DNA from: Octopus vulgaris
Lineage: Eukaryota
Reading direction: 5' to 3'
Length of the DNA: 64,000 nt
Assembly (NCBI GenBank): GCA_951406725.2
Contig: OX597819.1
Location: 63,426,001-63,490,000 of the forward strand
In this document: positions 52,591 to 64,000 of the stretch, piece by piece
How positions within the stretch are numbered: position 1 is the stretch's first letter
Layout of the letters: every line of letters begins with the position of its first letter
The notes under the pieces: model-generated
The model's database searches: none
What the model was told of the DNA's origin: nothing
What the model saw: only the letters and a program-made list of their open reading frames with translations
Translations under genes and position numbers: made by a program

Positions 52591-55139
52591 TAATGTTCGT
52601 CTCTAATGTTATCGCCACTATTATTTTTCGACAAGTGATAATTTCAAGTAACGTTCCATTGCATCTTTGTTATGGGGTTTGGTTTGAGTCTTTTGTTGCA
52701 TCAGTTTTTGTATTGGGCGTTGTTTGTTTGTGCAGATTGTGTTCTTCTGTTGGGTATTGGCTTTCAATGGCACATGTTGTGACATTGTTCATTTTATTGT
52801 GTGTATTTATGTATGTATGTATGTATGTATGTTCATTTTATTCCCGTGTGTTTTTGGAAGCGTGTTGAATAGTAGCGTGTGTAAATCACCAATCAACCAA
52901 ATCATAGTATTCATGGTTATCTGTCCATCGTTCTTTTTTTGTTGGGTGGGGGCTGGTTTTGTTATAAATCCATTTTTACAGCGTTTACTTTTTGACAGAA
53001 CACCGCCCATGCACATATGTCGATATTTCTTTCGTATTTATAATTATTCTGGATGTATAAGCGAGACTCCGAGAAGAAACAGCAATGTACATATAGGCGT
53101 TTTGCATATATAAGAATGGATGCACATGTGATTAGAATTTTACTCCCAGGTTTACAGTTTTCATACAGAGGTACTGCAGTCCATGTGTTTACATTTTCAG
53201 GCACTTGTTGCTGTGGCGGCGCAGAGCAATGCATGCCATCAAAATGACACGGGTGTACACATATACAAAGCCCAATGTACACATCATGACTACCCGTCTG
53301 ATAAGGGTATCCCAGGCACATTCTTCCTCTTCTCCTTCTTCTTCTTCTTCTTCTTCTTCTTCTTCTTCTTCTTCTTCTTCTTCTTCTTCTTCTTCTTCTT
53401 CTTTTTCTTCTTCTTCTAAAGAATGCACACATAAACGCATACATACACATTGATGTTTATACTCTCTTTTTCTTGTTCTCTTTCTCGGCTTTATATTTAT
53501 CTTAGAATCACAACTGAATTTCTTTCCACCTAGATGATTTCTCGATATTTTAACACCTTTCTTATGTTCCCATATATATTTTCTTCGATGCTATCTAATC
53601 GCCAAGATATCGTTAATTTTCTTTGATTCTTTCTAACGTTGCTCATGCATTTTATACCACATCAATTCTTATACAGCATCCTTGTGCTATTAATGATTTA
53701 CCTTGTGAGGGCATTGATATCTCAATATCAGCAAAATGTCGGATACACTAACATATCATATTTACTTACCTCCCTTTATATTCTGCTAATGAATATCACC
53801 AAATTCATCGCTGCTTTCTATATTCCTCTGGTCAGTAAAATACACGCAACAGAGTTATTCTATTTCTTAGATCATCTCCTAAACCTTAATTTTGTGATTT
53901 GGGAATTTGATGAAAATCTATTCTGGGAGAAGTCATAATGTATAACAGAACACATAGAATTCCTCAAGCTATTTTGTTATCGTCATTCGTCCATGGACTT
54001 CAAATCCTTAAAGGCGTTTTTTTCACTTTTCTTCCATCCTTGCTCTCTCAAATAATTATCAATATTTTGCTATGGTTCTTTATGCTCCCCACCAATGTGT
54101 GACTGAAACACTGAATTACACACATCATTCATTTATGGTTCATGTTTAAAAATATATAATACTGTATTTCACAATAAATTGCTCTTAATCTCTCTACTAT
54201 TTTTATATTACACTCTTCCGGCAGTTCCTGCAACCAAGCTGGTGCCTAACGTAATGCTCTGCACCCCTTTGCACTTCGTCTGCAAATTCGAGAGAGGAAC
54301 CCTGACGATTGGGCTACCCATGATTTTCTTACATCTAGCCTAGGCCTGCGCAAAACTGGAGAGGAAACTGGAGAGGACATGGAATGTAAAAACAAGATTG
54401 GATTATTTTATGCTCAATTCCATTGTCTGCCGAGGCAAAAGGATGCCAACGCAATACATATATATATATAGAAAAAGTTCTTCGTTTACAAGTAACTACT
54501 GCATATTTTTGTACAACACTCTCCCTCTTTCTCTTCTTCTCTCACGTTCACAAACACACACTCTCTCTCTCCTGCTCTTCTTGTTTCTATGCTGCTATCT
54601 GTCACGTTCTTTTGCCTTCCCTCTCTATTTCTCTCTGCCCTCTACTATAAATCCCCCCTAACATGTGATCTGTAATGAGTCTCATGTTCTTCTTTACACG
54701 ACCGGCTGCAATAACAAGGATATTCTCCTAGCGTTGAATATTTTCGCCCACTCTCCGTCTGGCCTCAAGATCTTATATTGTTCGTTAATTTATACAAGTT
54801 CTTTTGTATGCCCACAGTCCTGTTTGCTTTCTTCTTTGTCCTTCGTAAACCTCGCTTTCGTTCACATTTAATCCACATTTGTACTTTAATGTTCCGTATC
54901 GCATTCTTGTCTGTTTTCCTGGATTGTGAGGAATCCTACATTGGGAGTGGTAACGACTAGGGTAGGGTAACTGACTGCTTATTGTGACCATTCGTATTTT
55001 GGTTTCCTGTAGCTTTGCTCTCTTTTACAAACCCAGTGAACATATATTTCCTATTTCAAAGAAATTCAAACAATAGATATATGACCTAAGTTAAAAAGAT
55101 TCCCAAGAATTCAACTTCTCTGGTTGACATTAATATGCC

Positions 55140-55444
55140 CACCCCCAACAGGGGCCTTAACTCTCACCTGTTAGAGCTCCATGACTTGCATTTTTTAGGA
55201 GCAACATTTTTTTAACAGGTTCAATAAAACTGGAATTGTGGAATATGCGCATAAAAATCAGTAGTATGGATTACATATGGCACGATTACAATTTTTTTTA
55301 GGGTGTGTAAAGAGGGAAATAACCCTCATCTGCAATTTTGATAAAATTCGAAACATAGATATTCCAGTTCATTAGAGAACATATAACAGAAAAACTAATT
55401 CTCCAATTGCATGTAACATGGGCAACGCCGGGTATCTCTGCTAG
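55140..55444 (+). mobile_element. Helitron 3' end (5' limit uncertain)
   Basis: tgggcaacgccggg-tatctctg-CTAG|T; same terminal layout as the element at 188-699. Confidence 0.55.
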
Positions 55445-55466
55445 TATATATATATATATACATACA

Positions 55467-55594
<128 letters not shown>

Positions 55595-55610
55595 TATATA
55601 CATATATTAT

Positions 55611-57374
<1,764 letters not shown>

Positions 57375-58592
57375 TGTGTGTGTTGGTGTACGTGTGTGTA
57401 TGTATTTATGTCTCTGTGTGTGAACATGTGAGTGAGTGTGCGCGTGCACGCAATTAAACGCTGTATATAGCGTTGAATCGTTTGTGTAACGATGATGTTC
57501 TGGTGATCTGATGAGCTAGCTTCCTTCATTTGCTTTGTTGTGTGAATATCTAATTTCATAGGCCGTAATCCTAAGGATGTCATGTAGTTAGATAAAGATA
57601 CTCATCTCACATAGCTACCGATGCTTATGGTTTATATGTAGATATGTATATGTATGCATATATGTATGTGTATGTTTATATATATAGTGTATGTATGTAT
57701 ATACAAACATATGTAAATATGTATATATAATATGTAATGTGTGGCGCGCGCATATGTGTGTGTGCACGCGTATATGAGTGTGTGTGAGTGTGTATATATA
57801 TATGTTGTGTATGTACTTTTGTATAGCTTATATATATATATGTAGTGGAAAATGATTGAGGGGAATATAAATGCGCATATATTCGCTGACGTCAGTTTCG
57901 CCCTCCTCCACCATGTATGCAAATTCCTACTCTTTCATTTTTCTTTTCTCAAGAACATCTCACTAAAAGTCTTTGACCTTCGTCTTTAGCTAACGATACG
58001 TTATTTCTTTCGTTTTTCGTATTTTTGGTCTAGACGTAGATGAAAACCGATTGACTGAACATTTAATCGAAATCAATCAACCCACACCATGCAATTTTTG
58101 TCTCTCGATCTTTCCACTTTTATTCAGAACTACTACGTTTAATATAGCATTCCCATTTGTAAGACGCTAGTATGTAATGTGTAGGGTGTCGTCACTTTGG
58201 CTCGTGTCTATATGATGACGACTTTTGCTACAAGGTCAAAAAATTGAAATTCTTCTCATTGATTTGGTTTCCTATTTTCTTGCGACTGTGTATTGAAAAT
58301 CTTAGTCCTCAACTTTGATCTTTAACACATCGGTGCCAATACATATAATGCAGCTATCAACTTCACACTGTTATTTTTCATTGAAATTGTTTGATGTTAT
58401 GTGGCCATGTGTTAATTTGAAAAACATTATTAATTGGATTAAGTAACATTAAAAAATAACTTTGAACAAAAAAGACCGATGGAAAAGAAAGCAGAATATC
58501 GTTCCATTCATTTAAGTTTTGAATTTAAATTTCTGACGGATTGATTTTCCCTATCATCACCTCGAAGACGGGCAAGTACATACAAATAGCAT

Positions 58593-58772
58593 TGGTTTCA
58601 AATTTTGGCACAAGAACAACAAATTGAGGGTTGGGTTCAGGTTGTGCTAAACTGGTACTTATTTTATCGACTCCGAAAAGATGAAAGGTTGAAGTCAACC
58701 TCGGCACAATTTGAACTTAAAATGAGAAGCAGCTTACCTGGCGTGCTAACGATTCTGTCTGATCACCGCCTT
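58593..58772 (-). mobile_element. SINE family C copy
   Basis: ctggtacttattttatcgactccgaaaagatgaaagg is the reverse complement of the family C central block. Confidence 0.7.
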
Positions 58773-59506
58773 ACATACCTGTAATATTCTAAATTCTATC
58801 GAATTCAGTATGCTCTAATGCTGGAACAGAGTTAAACAAAATGTATATAGTCTTGCAATACATTCATTGTTCAAATGGGTTTTTCCTTAGGCTTTTTACT
58901 TTCTCTGTATTCTGTGAAATACATAAATATTATGTACCTTTGCCAATACAATTTATCTCACTGCTTAATAAAATAGGGAGTTCTAGCTGTTTTGGAATTC
59001 TCTGTTACTTCGTTGGAAGGACGTTGCGATTGTGTTGGACAATGTGCCTTGCGATATTTAGTTAACTCACTGGTAATGTGTCTTTGAATTTTGGCATCCG
59101 ACGATTAAGAAAGAAATAAGTAGGTCCACCTCAGTAAGTGAATACTTTTTCTCTCTTTTCGTTCTTTTTACTCCTCTTCATTATCATTTTATTTCTTTAC
59201 TCTCTATTTCAACATATTTTATTTTCTATTTATGAATCTATATACTTTTCTGCTTCTTTTGTCGCTATCATTCTTTCTCATAATATCACTTTCTATCTTT
59301 GTCCTCTCCTTATATTACTGTTTTATCGACTTTTGTTTAGTTATTTGTTCCTCCTTCCTTCTTTGTACTGTTTTATCTTTTCTTCTCTTTCACATATTTA
59401 CTTAAGAATTATTTTCTTTCTCACTCTCTTATTCGGATATTTCCCCTTCTGCTTCTGTCTTCTTCGTTTACATCTTTCGCTGGCTCATCTTAACAGTGTT
59501 CTCCTC

Positions 59507-59714
59507 GACGGACGCCAGTCCGTCGCAGGTGACCTGCAAGATGCAGGCGGAAAGAGTGAGAGAAAGTTGTGGCGAGAGTCAGCAGGCGTTCGCCATTCCC
59601 TTCTGCCGGAGCTACGCGGAGCTAAGGTGTTTCACTCATAAACACACATTTCGCCCCGTCTGAGATTCGAACCCGCGAGTCCGCTGCTCTAACCACTATG
59701 CGATGTACCGCCAC
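59507..59714 (-). mobile_element. SINE family A, 3'-truncated
   Basis: tctgagattcgaacccgcg...gctgctctaaccacta; homologous to 11240-11444. Confidence 0.85.
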
Positions 59715-59874
59715 TACCTATAATATAGTGGCACAATAATAATTTATACTTACCAAATATAACTCTAGATTTTCATTCTTTTTTTATTTTATATTTTCAT
59801 TATTCGTTTAACTATCAACTATTATTTTTTTTCTCTCTCTCTCTCTTTCTTTCCATATCTTTCCATATATAGAT

Positions 59875-59925
<51 letters not shown>

Positions 59926-60039
59926 CACATGTGTGTGTATGTGTTTATATGCACACATATACATATATACATACATCTTTTATCGATAGTTATTTGTCTT
60001 GAACATTCGATCAACTATATTTCACTTCTGTGTTTCATA

Positions 60040-60225
60040 TTGGTTTCAGATTTTTGGCCCAAGGGCATGGGGAAGTAGATTACATCGACCCCAATGTTCA
60101 ACAGGTACTTTTTAAATCTACCTTGAAAGGGGGAATGGCAAAGTCGACCTCAGAACCTAAAAACGGATATAATATCGCATAGCATTTTGCCAGACGTTGC
60201 TAATAATTCATCGAGCTTACTACCT
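60040..60225 (-). mobile_element. SINE family C, decayed copy
   Basis: gattacatcgacccca...ggtactt...ggcaaagtcgacctc. Confidence 0.55.
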
Positions 60226-60329
60226 TCTTCTGTACTTCATACTATATCATATATTATTACTATTATCATTCGTCATTTCAAAAATATATATTTAATTATT
60301 GATTTATTATTGAAAACAATCATTATACT

Positions 60330-61450
60330 CTATTTATTTCTCCATTTCTTTTTTTTTTTCAATCATTCATTCGATCACAGGTGTATTCGCTCTCTCATTA
60401 AACATTTTCCCTCATCATTCAACTTAAAATTCTTTAATTCTATCATCCGTCATCCTGTCAAATATCCCTCTCTGTATTTAGCAGTCTTTCATCCATGCCC
60501 CCTCATCATCGCTGGAGTTTTGTTTCATTCGAATGTTAATTCTATATTCCTTCCATTCTTCCATTCTGTATTCCGTTCTTTAATCCACCGTTTCGATTCT
60601 TCTCTCTCTTTTTAAAACTCATCTTTTTTTTTTTGTATTCTTCTTTCATTCAATCTTTTACTATATATTTCTTTTGTTTGTTGCTTTAAGAATTTTTCTT
60701 CGTTGCCCTTTTTATTCTATCTTATTTTCCAGTCAAGTATTTCTTTGTTTCATTTTCACATTCTCTCTTTTAAAATTATATTTTCGGCATTGTTCCTTCC
60801 TGTCCTTTTCTTAACCTTACTGCATGTCTCACTTAATACTTTCATTCCATTGCTTCTTTCGCCGTTTTCTCTTTACTAATTTCCATTCCTTTTTAATTCT
60901 CTCTCCTCTTGTTTTAACGACACTTCACCCTTACTTTACATCTAACGTAACATTGCTTTTGTTTTTTTTTTCATGATTACATTTATTTCTAACATTTTAA
61001 TTCTTCCCAGTTTCTTTACCCCTAGGTTTCCCTTTTCATTTTCTTCTTTGCCAGTTTGTTTCCTATTTCTTTATATGTCCTATGAATTAATACCTTCTTC
61101 CGTATTCACTTCTTTTCTTTTCCGTTGCGTCGCTTGTATTTCTCCCACAAATTTTCCTTTATATCTCTCCATCTTTCAGATGCTTCTAACACTTCCCAAT
61201 GTTCTTCATTCTTCTTTTATATTTTCCAAATATTTTTCGTCCTCTTTCTTCAATTTCCTTTCATTTCTGCGGTTGCTCCTTACTCTGCTTTCTTCCCTTT
61301 CATTTTTTAAAATATTTTTCTTCAGATTCCCTTTCAAATTCAATACTTATTTCTTTATTTCTTCGAAGTTTTCTTTTCTTTTCATTTTTGTTATCAACAA
61401 TTTATTCAAATTCATGTCTCTTTACAGCCCTTTTGCCTTTACAAAATTTG
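60330..61450. repeat. T/C-rich low-complexity tract
   Basis: Strong pyrimidine skew; ORFs are Phe/Ser/Leu artefacts; similar tract at 59140-59490. Confidence 0.8.
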
Positions 61451-62784
61451 ATTAACATTAGACATTCATCCGCTCAGAGGGATGGTAATATTAATTAACT
61501 CAATTATTTTTTTCTTCCAAACTTAATAGAAAAGAACTCGCGCACAATTTACATGCAAATGGTTTTCCTTGATAAATTTGATCCCTTATAATGTCAAGTC
61601 GTCACGACAACTCCCAAAGTTGTTTTACATTTATAATTTAATTGTCATATTATTGACAATTTGGGCGGTGTAAAAAAGAGCCATGTTATGCTGATGAGGT
61701 CTACAAAGAAAGTAGCATTTCCGGAGTTGCCACTCTGTTTACCAAACATCAGATTTAATTAATATTATTTTCAAGCAGTTACATGCATCTCCTAACTAGA
61801 AGGGACAGTCTGATATAATTAATTTGTTTTACCTTGACCAAAAAGATTTCACATTAATCACTGAAGTGTTGATCTCCTTACAACAGTAATATTAATTAAA
61901 TGAAGTATTTTTGTTCTCTGCATGAGGTATCATAGCAAGTATTTAACGGTTTATTTTATGCTTCTCATATGGCGATAGAAAAAGGCCCTCGGGTGACACT
62001 AGTAACCCAAGCTCATTTGTCCTAATCGCTTCTGTTTGTCTTGTAATTAAAACTGTATCTCATTTACAAAAGACTAAAGTAAATTATTCCGCATTTTTCT
62101 CCGCTCCGGAAAAGGTGTACATTTGGACATACTCCCTTCATCTGAACATTGCAGAACATAACAATAACATTTATCAGGAGAGGGAGTTAGGCGAATTCAT
62201 TGGCTTTACCATTTTTCTTTCACCAATTCTTAACAAAAACATCGCCCGCCAATATTATTCCGTAATTTACAATATATTTGCTTCTGTGTATTTTCTTAAA
62301 TTTTTATTGACTATTTCTTATTTATCATGTTTTTATTTCTCATTACTCCTTTATTTTATTGTTCAACAGTTTCATTCATTTATGTTTTTAACATTGATAA
62401 TAAAATTTGACTTTATTTTAGTAAGAATCTGTTCCTTCTATTTTATTGCATTTATTTATCTCCTTGCAATTTATTCATTCTTTCATTCCAATCTTTATTA
62501 TAAAACATTCCTTTATTCTTATATAACTTTATGTGGTTAATTTAATTACATATTTACGTCTATCCTTTGAACTCAGCGAAATATATTACAATGAACAAAT
62601 ATTTCATTTATAATTTTCGCAAAAGCTTCTCACTGTTAAAAATATGGTTGGAGTGAACGCATGTCCAATAACACCCACGTCTTCTATAGAGATTGCACTT
62701 CTTAATTAAATAACAGTAGCAATGATTGCTGAATAATCTACTGGATTACGAAGGCAGAATCTACGCAAATGGTAGAATTTGAAA

Positions 62785-63011
62785 CAGTAACCCCTCGACA
62801 TATCACGGTGTATCTATCGCAGTTCACCTATAGCTGATTATTATTTAAGCTTATGTCGATCCTTCGGTGGTGTTGTTTTGCATTCATAATAAAATAAATA
62901 TATACAGATTATAAAAATAATTAAAAAAACAGTATTGTTTTTCCTTCGCGCGTTTTCACGTATCATGTGAGGTTTTGGAACGCAATACCGGCGTGAGTCG
63001 AGGGATTGCTG
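62785..63011. mobile_element. Tigger/pogo-like MITE
   Basis: TIRs CAGTAACCCCTCGAC ... GTCGAGGGATTGCTG; right flank TA, left flank AA. Confidence 0.65.
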
Positions 63012-63277
63012 TACCTCAAACTCGTAAAATATCAGAACACATCAATGATTTCCACTGCATTTGATGGGCTCCGTCTGCGACTGTTGTTCCAAGATGTCCC
63101 TATTCATGAAATAGATTATATTGATTGAGGAGTGGAAAAAAGTTCTTGCACATTTCATGGAGAACAGACATCCCGATAGTGTACCAGTTGTTTGAAAAAC
63201 CAGAAACTGAACAACCATTTCTATAGCCATTTCTTCTTTTCCTCACTTTCCCTCTATCTGTATACCTGTGTGTGTGT

Positions 63278-63313
<36 letters not shown>

Positions 63314-64000
63314 AAAAGAAAGTAACAGGGACAAACGAACATGCGTGTATGTGTGTGTATTTCAGTTTGCATACATTGTGTACGACTGTATAATCTCCCG
63401 TTATATTGTTTCCTGTCTAGTTATTTCCATCACATGACCACTGGTGATGTCATACACGCACATATTCACACCCCAATGAACATACTCTCCACACACACAT
63501 ACACCCACCCCCTCGCACTCACACTCGTGTATACATGCTGTAATCCTCGTGGTTATAGATCATAGAGGAAACATTACCCTCTAGATTGATTGAAGTTCGG
63601 GCGGGTCTCGAAATTTTATATTTAGATCAAAGAGTAAAGGTGTACAGAATATACATATTTAAAATTTTTAGTTTTTCCTCTACATTTATAAAGATCTTAA
63701 CATTTCTAGTCATTGGGAGGTATGTATATCGTTAATTCATTCTTTTGATCCTATCATGTGCTGCTATTAATGTTAGTCATAACTGCTCCATCTTTTGCTG
63801 AAATGTATCTAATTATATACACACACACGCACGCACACACACACACATAATCATCCCCCTACACACTCATACACACATATATCTCTCTATATATATATAT
63901 GTATATACACAGACTCATACACACGCACCCACACACATATACTTATATGCACTTATATGTATGTTTATATATAGATAGATAAAACTTACTTGGATATGGA

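Noticed and set aside
61688-61720. ATGCTGATGAGGTCTACAAAGAAAGTAGCAT, hammerhead-like
   Set aside because: Stem II does not close adjacent to the core and stem III is absent; likely chance.
63042-63230. 62-aa minus-strand ORF as a gene start
   Set aside because: No recognisable domain, no clear splice donor, and a length expected by chance.

Overview
AT-rich, microsatellite-dense eukaryotic DNA with no recognisable host protein-coding gene; the repeat families resemble those of octopus/coleoid cephalopod genomes (inference). Almost all long ORFs in the track are translations of simple repeats. Supported content: about 20 tRNA-derived SINE copies from at least four families; many Penelope-like element (PLE) fragments (RT, linker, GIY-YIG, inverted pseudo-LTR tails); several R4/Dong-type site-specific LINE fragments sitting in (AAT)n or (CATA)n arrays; one young 5'-truncated CR1-type LINE; a deleted mariner; a non-autonomous Helitron; and several MITEs. 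The main signal is a set of about ten minimal hammerhead-ribozyme motifs. They include a tRNA-headed SINE whose hammerhead-plus-tail module also follows a Penelope RT fragment (a candidate Penelope-mobilised ribozyme SINE), and families with non-canonical catalytic cores (U3:A8 covariation, U4C, A6U). Coordinates were read by eye and may be off by a few bases.
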